Part shown: piece after piece, positions 49,610 to 58,295 of the stretch
Layout: every line of letters begins with the position of its first letter
Position numbering within the stretch: the stretch's first letter is position 1
NCBI RefSeq assembly: GCF_035535915.1
Contig: NZ_DATLPB010000012.1
Location: 988-64,987, forward strand
Length of the DNA: 64,000 bases
DNA from: Acidocella sp.
Lineage (GTDB): Bacteria; Pseudomonadota; Alphaproteobacteria; Acetobacterales; Acetobacteraceae
Reading direction: 5' to 3'
Notes under the pieces: model-generated
The model's input: the letters and a program-made list of their open reading frames with translations, nothing else
The model's database searches: none
What the model was told of the DNA's origin: nothing
Translations under genes and position numbers: made by a program

Positions 49610-50745
49610 TGCCGTTCCCGCGTCCGTCCTTCCAGGACCTGATCAACTCGGCACAGGCAGATCTCGCGCGCCTGCCGAACGCGGATCCAACGCTGCGGCG
49701 TAGCCTGCTGCTCGTGCTGGCCTACATGTCAGCGGCGCTCGCGAGTGGAGAATACGATTACCTCGATTGGATGGTGATCAACGTTTTGCTGCCTGACACA
49801 GCAACGGGTGAATATCTCGATCGCTGGGCGAACATGCTTAAGCTGCAGCGCGAAGGTGCAACGTCGTCAGCGGGTAACATTATTTTCACTGGGACGGTCG
49901 GTAGATCGATTCCGGTCCGCACGCAGGTCCAGTCGAGCAATGCTGCCGTTATTTTGACGACAACGGCGGAGGGAACCATCGGGCCCAGCGGGACGGTAAC
50001 GATCCCGGTGATCGCCACCGTGCCGGTCACGGGCGGCAATCCGCTCCCCAGCGGTTCGGCCGGAAATCTTTTGCCGAACTCGCCGGTGACATTGATGGTC
50101 GCGATCGCCGGTGTCCTTGGCACGGCCGTTGTGGACAGCAACGGTCTAAGCGGCGGCGAGGATGAGGAGACGGACGCGGCGCTCCGCGTTCGCGTGCTGC
50201 AGCGCCTTTCAAGTCCGCCACAAGGCGGTGCGGCATTTGATTATGTCACCTGGGCCGAGGAAGTCGCCGGCGTCACGCGTGTCTGGGTGTATCCGCTACT
50301 CTTTGGCGCCGGGACTGTCGGCGTCACCTTTGTGATGGATGGTCGAGCGGATATTGTCCCGCTCTCGCCCGATATCACGAACGTGCAAAACTCGATCGAT
50401 GCCTCGTGCCCGGTCACAGCGGCGCCAACGGCATTCGCGCCGACGCAGTCGCCTGTCGCGATTACCATCAATAACCTTGTGCCTGCACCGGGTTTCACAG
50501 AGGCAACAGCGCAAGCGAACATCATGACAGCGCTGGCGCAACTCTTTGCGACGACGACACCAGGCGGCACAGGCTGGGACAGCACACAGCGCGCATTTGT
50601 GGCCGGCGGTTCGCTCAGCCTGAGCCAGATCTATGGCGCGATCACTGGGGCGCCGGGCGTGTTCTCGTTCGATCTCGCGGCGCCGACGGCGGATCAGATC
50701 GCCGGCTTTGGCATCATGCTCAGCCTCGGCCAGGTGACCTCGTGA
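49609..50745 (+). CDS. Baseplate J / Mu gp47-like protein
   Basis: PDTATGEYLDRWA, ETDAALRVR, GGAAFDYVTWA motifs. Confidence 0.9.
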   Translation: MPFPRPSFQDLINSAQADLARLPNADPTLRRSLLLVLAYMSAALASGEYDYLDWMVINVLLPDTATGEYLDRWANMLKLQREGATSSAGNIIFTGTVGRSIPVRTQVQSSNAAVILTTTAEGTIGPSGTVTIPVIATVPVTGGNPLPSGSAGNLLPNSPVTLMVAIAGVLGTAVVDSNGLSGGEDEETDAALRVRVLQRLSSPPQGGAAFDYVTWAEEVAGVTRVWVYPLLFGAGTVGVTFVMDGRADIVPLSPDITNVQNSIDASCPVTAAPTAFAPTQSPVAITINNLVPAPGFTEATAQANIMTALAQLFATTTPGGTGWDSTQRAFVAGGSLSLSQIYGAITGAPGVFSFDLAAPTADQIAGFGIMLSLGQVTS

Positions 50746-51350
50746 CAAACACCATCGCCGGTCTCGGCGCGGCCGATTTTCTGAGTGGTGGGCAAGGATT
50801 GCTGCCGCCAGGTGATGCGCTGCCCCGAGATGTTGAGGCGTTGCTGACGACGCTGCTGTCCGGTCTCACCGGTCGCATGGTCGACGTGCATGCTCAGGCA
50901 TCCTTGCTCAGTGAGATCGAGAGCGACCCACGTGAGACGACGCTGCTGCTGCCAGATTGGGAAGCGAGCTTTGGTCTACCGGATCCGTGCCTGGGCGCGA
51001 GTCCGTCTTACGCGCAGCGCCGTCAGCAGCTGGTGTCGCGTATCGCCGCTCGGGGTGGCCAGAGCCCGGACTATATGATCAGCGTCGCGGCGACGCTGGG
51101 CTATCCGATTACCATTACGCAATTTCGGCCGTTCACATTCGGTCAGCCCTTCGGTTCGCTGATGTACGGACAGCCTTGGGCCTACGTCTGGCAGGTCAAC
51201 GCACCGACTTTCACGGTCGATTTCTTCGAATTTGGCCAGAACAATTTCGGCGATTCTTTCTCGAGCTTCGGCAACACGGCTCTGCAGTGTGAACTGCAGC
51301 GCATTTGCCCGGCCCATACCCAGCTTCTCTTCTCCTTCTCCCAGGGGTAA
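50742..51350 (+). CDS. Mu gp48/YmfQ-like baseplate protein
   Basis: LLPPGDA, LLPDWE, GGQSPDY, PAHT motifs. Confidence 0.88.
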   Translation: MTNTIAGLGAADFLSGGQGLLPPGDALPRDVEALLTTLLSGLTGRMVDVHAQASLLSEIESDPRETTLLLPDWEASFGLPDPCLGASPSYAQRRQQLVSRIAARGGQSPDYMISVAATLGYPITITQFRPFTFGQPFGSLMYGQPWAYVWQVNAPTFTVDFFEFGQNNFGDSFSSFGNTALQCELQRICPAHTQLLFSFSQG

Positions 51351-51352
51351 CC

Positions 51353-52513
51353 ATGGACGCGATCATTGCACCAAACACCGTTCCGCTTTCTGAGGCAGAT
51401 GGACCTCCCGCCACGGGCACACCGCAATATGCGGTAAACGGAGTGCCTGGGTCGACGGTGCCGACGCAGTTCCCGGCGTACCATTACAATGGGATTGTCC
51501 AGGAAATTTTAGCCCTGCAGGGGGGTGCCGGCCTTACGAATAATCGGCAGGCTCTGAACCAGGTATTGCAGGCGGTTAAAAGATTTGCCGGAGGAAATGT
51601 CACCACGGTCACCGCCAGCGCCACACTCACGGCCGATAATGCCGGCCTGGTGCTGGTGAACGCGGCGGACAGCAACATCACGATCACGATGCCGGCCGCC
51701 GCTAGTGCGAATGGAATTCCGCTCTCCTTCAAGATCATCCGTACCGACACGAGCGCAAACACGGTCACCTATGCGCTGGCAGAAAATGATACCATCCTTC
51801 CTACGGGGTCGACCGGTGGATCGATTGGCAATGGCTTGGGGGCCGACCTGATCGGCGATGGCATCTCGCATTGGTGGCAGCCGGGCTCTGGGCGGCTCAT
51901 TAGCGTGGAAACGTTCAATGCTTCGGGCGTTTACAATGCCCCTCCTGGAACGAAATTCGTCATAGTCAATGCCAAAGGCGGGGGTAGCGCGGGGGGTGGT
52001 GCGCCGGCGTGCTCCACGGGTGCCACGTCAATCGGATCGGGCGGTACGGAAGGCACTTATGCGAGCGGGATCTATGCCGAAGGTTTTAACGGCGTTGCAG
52101 TTACTGTAGGCGCCGGCGGCACGCCAGTGGCTGGGGGGACTGGCAGCCCTGGCGGGGCGTCATCGTTCGGTGCCCTGCTTACGGCGCCGGGTGGTCCAGC
52201 AGCGCAGATCGCTGGCCCAAGCTCCGCGAGCTTTACCACCGGCGGGATCAATGGGACGCTGGCAAGTGGAGCTAATCTCCTGAACATTGCAGGAGCACCT
52301 GGCGGTGTGTCGCTATCGTTTGGCGGTAGTAACCTCGTATCTTCCTCCGGAGGGGGATCTGGTGCCGGTGCGGCGATATCCGCAGGACAGAATGGCTTCT
52401 CAGCGTCTTCTAACGGAGCCGGCGGCGGTGGCACCGCGCAAATCTCCGGAGGTCCGGCGCTGACCGGAGGCCGTGGCGGAAACGGTTACGTGCAGATTTA
52501 TGCATTCGCGTAA
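51353..52513 (+). CDS. Tail fibre with Gly-rich C-terminal domain
   Basis: Mu-type N-terminal anchor (YNGIVQEI); GGGGAGG-rich C-terminus. Confidence 0.8.
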   Translation: MDAIIAPNTVPLSEADGPPATGTPQYAVNGVPGSTVPTQFPAYHYNGIVQEILALQGGAGLTNNRQALNQVLQAVKRFAGGNVTTVTASATLTADNAGLVLVNAADSNITITMPAAASANGIPLSFKIIRTDTSANTVTYALAENDTILPTGSTGGSIGNGLGADLIGDGISHWWQPGSGRLISVETFNASGVYNAPPGTKFVIVNAKGGGSAGGGAPACSTGATSIGSGGTEGTYASGIYAEGFNGVAVTVGAGGTPVAGGTGSPGGASSFGALLTAPGGPAAQIAGPSSASFTTGGINGTLASGANLLNIAGAPGGVSLSFGGSNLVSSSGGGSGAGAAISAGQNGFSASSNGAGGGGTAQISGGPALTGGRGGNGYVQIYAFA

Positions 52514-52527
52514 GGAGCAACGCAAAA

Positions 52528-53085
52528 ATGGAAAATTACGCATATGTGCTCAATGGCGTTGTCGTTGTGTACCCTGTGCCGATTCAGACGGGATTCACGC
52601 TGGCGCAGTGCTATCACGCCGATTATGTCGCGAATTGCGTCGCTGTTCCGGCCGGCGTCACGCCTCAGCCGGGATGGGTTGCCACCGAAACTGGTGGCGT
52701 GTGGTCGTTCGCCGCACCTTCTTCTTCGCCTGCGCCGACGCTTGCGCAAATGCAGGCCACGCAATCAGCCCTGATGCAGACGGCATGTAAGGCTGCGATC
52801 GAGGGGGGCTTCACGAGTTCCGCGCTTGGGACGTCGAACGGCTATCCGAGCGACCAGGAGACCCAGATGAACATCGCCCTTGTGGCGGTTTCTGGTGGGT
52901 CGCTCTGGTGTCAGCCGAGCAGCGGCGGGTGGGTGTTTACGGCGCACACGGCAGCCCAGGCACAACAGGTTCAGAAGGACTTGAACACGCACATCCAGAC
53001 CCAGCAGACAACCTATGCCGGCTTGCTAAGCCAAGTCAGTGAAGCCACGACAGTAGGCGCTGTGCAGGCGATCTCGTGGCCTTAA
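52528..53085 (+). CDS. Tail fibre assembly protein (DUF4376-like C-terminus)
   Basis: PQPGW...GGVWSFAAP; AIEGGFTSSALG...YPSD pattern. Confidence 0.75.
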   Translation: MENYAYVLNGVVVVYPVPIQTGFTLAQCYHADYVANCVAVPAGVTPQPGWVATETGGVWSFAAPSSSPAPTLAQMQATQSALMQTACKAAIEGGFTSSALGTSNGYPSDQETQMNIALVAVSGGSLWCQPSSGGWVFTAHTAAQAQQVQKDLNTHIQTQQTTYAGLLSQVSEATTVGAVQAISWP

Positions 53086-53115
53086 TTCGAGGCGAAGACA
53101 TACAGCGCGGGTGAG

Positions 53116-54273
53116 CTAATCGGCCGCGCTTGAGATCTGAAGCGCCGAAACATTAGGAGCCGTCTGCTTCATCGCGAAGAATCGAACAGCCCTTTGGCGA
53201 CAGGGTTTCTCGATAAACTCCCAAAGAAGGTATGAGACCAATAGCGTTAAGGCCCAGAACGCCACATACTGAGCCTTTTTCCCGCCGAACGCCGCGAGGC
53301 TGTCATTTTCGGCGAAGACGCGAAGAAAAATCTGATGGCACATGTAGATGGAGAAGCTGATCTCCCCAAGTCGCACGGGAAGCTGCAAAGACAGGAACCG
53401 CGATGGAAGACCGCGCCCGCTCGCCATGAGGATGATCAGAACAACCATGGCTGGAGCATATCCGCATTCGTCGAACCACCAGAACGCGGCGTAGCCGATG
53501 TGCTTGTGCGCGAAAAGGACGGACAAGAATGGGGTCATCCCATACAGCACGAGACCGACGATTACGAATGCTGCCAGCTCGAGCATGGTAGCGCTCCAAA
53601 CTGGCAGACGAGCAAGTTTCGCGCTATGCTGCAACCAGATCGAGCAGCCGGCAATCCCGAGCGCAAATTCCAGCAAGCGAACGGGCGGGAAGATAAAAGC
53701 CGTGGGATCGACGGGCATTCCTTCCAACATCCACTTGCCAGGCGTGAATCTCGCATACTCGAGTATCGCTATGATGGCTGCCACGCAAAGCGCAAGCTTC
53801 CACATCCACGTTTTGCTCCAGCGGCATATCAGGACCGGAAACAGCAGATAGAAGAATGCCTCGACAGACAGGCTCCACGATACGGCGTTAAACGAGAAGA
53901 AATAGTTGAACTGCGGTGACCACGCTTGCAACAGGAGGAGATTGGTTATGGCCTCGCGAGCGGCGTTTCCTGGCGGTCCCCATGGTGCAGGAAGAAACGC
54001 AAGGACAATGAGAAACGTGGCGAAATGGAGCGGCCAAATTCGAGCTAACCGTGCGACATAGAAATTGTACACATCGCGGGGCGTCTCGAATTCCCGATAC
54101 GAATAGTAGAGAATGAAGCCCGATAGGACATAAAAAAAATCCACGCCGGCATCGAGGCTAAAACGTGTTCCGAGCCAGTTTCCGTAGCCAAAATAGGCCC
54201 GGCTATGGTGAATGACGATCATTACGGCTGCGAGGAAGCGCAGCGAGGTTAGTGGCCTTAGGCTCCTTTTCAT
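53116..54273 (-). CDS. Acyltransferase-3 family membrane protein (moron; alternative start 54285)
   Basis: LTSLRFLAAVMIVIHH, VDFFYVLSGFIL, RLARIWP, WSLSVEAFFYLLFP, LGEISFSIYMCH, IEKP; antisense to the late operon. Confidence 0.92.
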   Translation of the reverse strand: MKRSLRPLTSLRFLAAVMIVIHHSRAYFGYGNWLGTRFSLDAGVDFFYVLSGFILYYSYREFETPRDVYNFYVARLARIWPLHFATFLIVLAFLPAPWGPPGNAAREAITNLLLLQAWSPQFNYFFSFNAVSWSLSVEAFFYLLFPVLICRWSKTWMWKLALCVAAIIAILEYARFTPGKWMLEGMPVDPTAFIFPPVRLLEFALGIAGCSIWLQHSAKLARLPVWSATMLELAAFVIVGLVLYGMTPFLSVLFAHKHIGYAAFWWFDECGYAPAMVVLIILMASGRGLPSRFLSLQLPVRLGEISFSIYMCHQIFLRVFAENDSLAAFGGKKAQYVAFWALTLLVSYLLWEFIEKPCRQRAVRFFAMKQTAPNVSALQISSAAD

Positions 54274-54408
54274 TGCCAATGCCATACAGACCGCTTGCTC
54301 CTTGGGCAACCCCAGGCCTCTCAGGCGCCTGAATCGTGCTCCTGAGCCCTTAGGCACAACCATCCGTGCGCGGCGGTCCCGCGTATTATTTTTTTGAAAG
54401 AAATCGAC

Positions 54409-55023
54409 ATGTTTTTCCTGATGCTCACCCTGGGCATGCTGGCGCTTGCTCTTACGTTCACGCCGGCTACCCGGCGGCTGGTCTCCACCGTCGCCATTTT
54501 CCGCCCCGGCCGGGTCGGGCTCGCAAGCTTGGCGTTCGGGGCCGTGCTGGGTGCCATCCTGTTCAGTCCGCGCCTGGCGCTGGCCGCCACCGGCGCGCCG
54601 GCGCAGGTCGTGGACCTCACACAGCTCTGGGGCTGGGTGCTCTCCGTTGCCATCGCGGTCATCACCTTCTATGGGCGCCGTGCCTTGGTCGCGATCGAGA
54701 GTCGCCTGAGCATTCAGAGCGGCAGCGCGGCGGCGGACGACCTCGACCAGGCGCTGGTGCATGGCGAGGCATTTCTCATGAACGGCCTGAAGGCGCTCGC
54801 CGCCAGCACGTCGACCGTGACCATTGCGGCCGGACCGCTGGCGAACGCCGTGAGCCTCGTCCAGAAGCTCGCTCCGGCCGCCGAGGACGCGCTCGGCGTC
54901 ACGCCGGCCGACATCGAGGCCATGCTGCTCGCGCGCATCGGTGTGCCTGCGGCCACCATCCCGGCTGCTCAGCCAACCCCGCCCGCCGCGTCCCCGGCAA
55001 CGCCCGCACCGGCCGCCGCTTAA
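54409..55023 (+). CDS. Multi-TM membrane protein, holin-like candidate
   Basis: Two to three hydrophobic segments then a soluble helical tail; first gene of the lysis-type region. Confidence 0.55.
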   Translation: MFFLMLTLGMLALALTFTPATRRLVSTVAIFRPGRVGLASLAFGAVLGAILFSPRLALAATGAPAQVVDLTQLWGWVLSVAIAVITFYGRRALVAIESRLSIQSGSAAADDLDQALVHGEAFLMNGLKALAASTSTVTIAAGPLANAVSLVQKLAPAAEDALGVTPADIEAMLLARIGVPAATIPAAQPTPPAASPATPAPAAA

Positions 55024-55106
55024 GCCCGGCCACTCATCGAGGCGGCCCGGCATGCGCCTGGCCGCCATCCCGGTTGCTCCATCCCCCTCATCCAAAGGAA
55101 TCCATC

Positions 55107-55604
55107 ATGAACATGACCCGCCGGGCCTTGCTGGGCTCGACTGCCGCCGCCTGCATGCTCACTGGCTGCACCGCTTCCGAGATCGCGACAATTTCCGCCG
55201 AGGCTGCGGCCGAACTGAGCGACGTTGCAACGGCGCTGGTTGCGCTAACACCGGTACTGCCGACGCTCACTGGAATTCCGGCCGCCACGCTGACCACGAT
55301 CGAGAGCGACATCGGGCAGGCCAGCACATTCGCGCAGAGCATCAATAGTGCCGCCACGGCGATAGCCGGCGAGTCTGCCGCGGGCAAGGTCGTTACCTTG
55401 GCTGGCGATGGTCTGAAGCTGCTTGCTGGCTTCGCCTTACCGGCGAAAGTGTCGCAGGTGGTAACGGCGCTGCAGCTGGTCCTGCCGGTACTTGGCGCGG
55501 CAGCCGGCCTGTCGAGCGCCACTGTCAGCGCACCGGCGCCGGAAGCGCTCGCTGCGGCACGCGCCACGCTGCGCAACGCCCGCACACTGCTGGCGGCCGG
55601 CTGA
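55107..55604 (+). CDS. Putative Tat-exported lipoprotein
   Basis: MNMTRRALLGSTAAACMLTGC: twin-Arg motif plus lipobox; AAGGA RBS. Confidence 0.7.
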   Translation: MNMTRRALLGSTAAACMLTGCTASEIATISAEAAAELSDVATALVALTPVLPTLTGIPAATLTTIESDIGQASTFAQSINSAATAIAGESAAGKVVTLAGDGLKLLAGFALPAKVSQVVTALQLVLPVLGAAAGLSSATVSAPAPEALAAARATLRNARTLLAAG

Positions 55605-56392
55605 TGCGCTGGCCGCTCGGGAAGCTGCCGCGCCCGGCGGGCGTGGATGTTCCTGCGCTGCTGCATGTCCGTGGCGTCGCGCCGCTACCGCCGCCGCCTG
55701 CCTCGGCTGATTGGTCGAAGCCGGTGCACGCGTGGCTGATGCTGGGCAATGACGTCTATGGCGACTGCGCCTGGGCGGCGATGCTGCACGCGGTCCAACT
55801 CTGGACGGCCAATGCGGGCGCCGAGGTCATGCCAGACACCGCCTGCGCGCTGGCCGATTACTCGGCCGAGACCGACTTCACGGCCGGGCCGCCGGTGGCG
55901 AACGACAATGGCACCGTGCTGCTCGATGCGCTGCGGTATTGGATGCTGACAGGCATCGCGATCGACACCGACGGTGCGCTCGATCGGTTGGACGGCTTTG
56001 CCGATATCGAGCCCGGCGACATCGACGGCATCAAGCGGTCGATCGAAGAGTTCGGCTGTGTGCTGCTCGGCGTCGAACTGCCAGAGAGCGCGGAGACGCA
56101 ATTCGATGCCGGCGAGCCGTGGTTCGTCCTCGATATGCCAGACGCGCCGGCTGGCGGCCACGCGGTGCTGGCCGTGGCCTATGATGCCAACGGCATGTGG
56201 GTCGTGACATGGGGCGAGCGGCAATACGTCGAATGGCCATGGTGGAAACGCTACGGCTCGGAAGCTTATGCCCTGCTGCGGCGCGAATGGATTGGCCCGA
56301 ACGGCACCGCCCCCAGCGGCCTGACGTTGGGCCGCCTCGATGAGATGATCCAGCGCATGCATGGCGTCCTCAGCCCTGGCGCCTACGCGTGA
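55604..56392 (+). CDS. Papain-like (C1-related) cysteine peptidase
   Basis: MLGND.YGDCAWAA (Cys), GGHAVLAVAY (His), VVTWG (NSWG-like). Confidence 0.7.
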   Translation: MRWPLGKLPRPAGVDVPALLHVRGVAPLPPPPASADWSKPVHAWLMLGNDVYGDCAWAAMLHAVQLWTANAGAEVMPDTACALADYSAETDFTAGPPVANDNGTVLLDALRYWMLTGIAIDTDGALDRLDGFADIEPGDIDGIKRSIEEFGCVLLGVELPESAETQFDAGEPWFVLDMPDAPAGGHAVLAVAYDANGMWVVTWGERQYVEWPWWKRYGSEAYALLRREWIGPNGTAPSGLTLGRLDEMIQRMHGVLSPGAYA

Positions 56393-56484
56393 TCGAGCTC
56401 TGGCTCCGCTGGTGGGGCTGGCATCCCGTTAGTGTCATGCAGCCAGACTGGTCTTGGCGCCGCGAATGGCAGTGGCGCGGATAA
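56389..56484 (+). CDS. 31-aa Trp-rich peptide (not in the ORF track)
   Basis: GTGA overlap with the upstream stop; MIELWLRWWGWHPVSVMQPDWSWRREWQWRG. Confidence 0.45.
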   Translation: MIELWLRWWGWHPVSVMQPDWSWRREWQWRG

Positions 56485-56557
56485 CAGCTGCCCCTTCAAG
56501 TCATGCGCAGCCTCGGCGGCCTAACTTTCCCCTCACTTATCAAATCAGGAATACGAG

Positions 56558-56824
56558 ATGACCAAAGGGCTCCCCCATGTCGACGTGCCGCCCGAGATGA
56601 TTCCCCGCGACTTGGCCGAAGCGCTCGTTGCGATCGGTCGTCTGCAGGTGATCTGCAAGAATCAGGAGACAAAGCTCACCGAACACGACGCCGAAGTGAG
56701 CAAGCTTAACTCGGTCATCCAGACCGCGAACGGCGTGAAAATCGCGCTGTTCTGGGTGGCAGCCGCCATCCTCGGTGCCACCACGATCTGGTTCAATGTC
56801 GTCAATGGAAAGCCTTGGAAATGA
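56558..56824 (+). CDS. Coiled-coil protein with C-terminal TM
   Basis: 88 aa; hydrophobic IALFWVAAAILGATTIWF. Confidence 0.6.
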   Translation: MTKGLPHVDVPPEMIPRDLAEALVAIGRLQVICKNQETKLTEHDAEVSKLNSVIQTANGVKIALFWVAAAILGATTIWFNVVNGKPWK

Positions 56825-57285
56825 CGGCGGCGCATGAGCAGCGCGAGACGCTGCATGAGGACGTACTCTACCCTGAGCACGTCCAGCGCACGGAATCCGA
56901 GGAGTTCCGGCGCAACAAGCGGGTGCTGATTCGCAAGCTGGACCTCCCGTGCTGGGTATCGGGCTCACGCGAAAAACGCGAGGTCCACCACATTTTCGAG
57001 TGGAGCCTTTGGCCCTCGCTCGATCCCGAAAGGGTGCTCGATGCGCTGCATGCCTTTGATCCCTATGGCTTCACTGCGCGCGATCCCGAGACGCCAATCA
57101 CGAGCCCGGACGACATCAGGAACCTTCTGGTCCTGTCAGAAAAATTTCATCGTGGCATCGGCACCGGCGTGCATAAAATCTCGTTTCCGATCTGGCTGCC
57201 GCAGCGTGCGGTGAAGCCGGGTGTCGAGATCACCTGTGACCCGGGAGGTCACACAGCCAAGGCCGCGCCCAAGAAGGCCGCCTGA
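56821..57285 (+). CDS. HNH-like protein
   Basis: CWVSG...EVHH...NLLVLSEKFHRG..GVH. Confidence 0.55.
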   Translation: MTAAHEQRETLHEDVLYPEHVQRTESEEFRRNKRVLIRKLDLPCWVSGSREKREVHHIFEWSLWPSLDPERVLDALHAFDPYGFTARDPETPITSPDDIRNLLVLSEKFHRGIGTGVHKISFPIWLPQRAVKPGVEITCDPGGHTAKAAPKKAA

Positions 57286-57287
57286 TC

Positions 57288-57767
57288 GTGTGCGATCCGG
57301 AAAACATCGCCCTGTTTCTGCCTGACATCACGACAGCGGAATTTCCACCTGACGAAACGGTGGCCGTGTTTGCACCTGATGTCACCGTTGCCCTTTTCCT
57401 CCAGCAATCGGATGCGTCGATGAGCATATTCAATGAGACTCCTGAGATGGTGCTTCTTACCGGCAAAGCACCCTTCACCTCGCGTCAGTACGAACATGAT
57501 TTCTCAAACCAGCTGAAGGCCGGGGATACGATCGCCGCCATCGATTCGGTGATCTCGACGCCGATCGGCGCGCTGCAGCCAGGCCAGGTCAATCTGACGA
57601 TCGGCACCCAGGCGGTGATCGCAGGCAAGAAAGGTGCCGCTCTTGCCGTGGGAACGGTGATTTCCGGCGGCTCCATCGGCGCCAAATACCAGGTCACGGC
57701 CGACATCGTCTCGGCCAACGGCGACCAGGTCAGCCTATCCTTCATCCTGCCCGTGGAGAATCGTTAG
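57288..57767 (+). CDS. Putative fibre-tail adaptor-like beta-sandwich protein
   Basis: YEHDFSNQL..GDTI...ISGGSIGAKYQVT...NGD..SLSFILPV pattern. Confidence 0.5.
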   Translation: MCDPENIALFLPDITTAEFPPDETVAVFAPDVTVALFLQQSDASMSIFNETPEMVLLTGKAPFTSRQYEHDFSNQLKAGDTIAAIDSVISTPIGALQPGQVNLTIGTQAVIAGKKGAALAVGTVISGGSIGAKYQVTADIVSANGDQVSLSFILPVENR

Positions 57768-58295
57768 ATGCTCAGCAATTTCGATGCCTGTTGCGGCTTT
57801 TCGCTGCGTCAGGAGGGTGGTTTTTGTGACGTCAAGGGTGATCCTGGGGGAGCCACGAATCACGGCATCACCATGGCTGAGCTGTCGGCTGTCCTCGGAC
57901 GGCCCGCGACCGTGGACGATGTGCGCAACCTGACCGCGGCTCAGTCCGAGGCTATTTACAAGCCGCGTTATTGGGTCGCGGTGAGTGGTGATGCGCTGCC
58001 GGCCGGCGTGGACCTTGTCGCATTCGATTTCGGGCTCAACGCGGGGCCACGCACCAGTGCGATGCAGCTGCAGGCGCTTATAAAAGTGGAACAGGACGGC
58101 GTCATCGGCCCCGCTACGCTGGCTGCGCTCGCGACGCACGACAGGTCCTGGGTCATCGCGGCGCTGACGCTCAGCCACCAGGCTTACTACCGGCGGCTTC
58201 CGGGCTATGGCGAATTTGGCCCGGGATGGATCGCGCGAACGGTACGATGCCAGGCAGCGGCCGGGGCGATGGTTCCGCATGGAGTGGCGGCATAG
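57768..58295 (+). CDS. Endolysin, glycoside hydrolase family 108 with PG-binding domain
   Basis: EGGF..DPGGATNHGIT, FDFGLNAG, QDGVIGPATLAA and FGPGW motifs. Confidence 0.92.
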   Translation: MLSNFDACCGFSLRQEGGFCDVKGDPGGATNHGITMAELSAVLGRPATVDDVRNLTAAQSEAIYKPRYWVAVSGDALPAGVDLVAFDFGLNAGPRTSAMQLQALIKVEQDGVIGPATLAALATHDRSWVIAALTLSHQAYYRRLPGYGEFGPGWIARTVRCQAAAGAMVPHGVAA

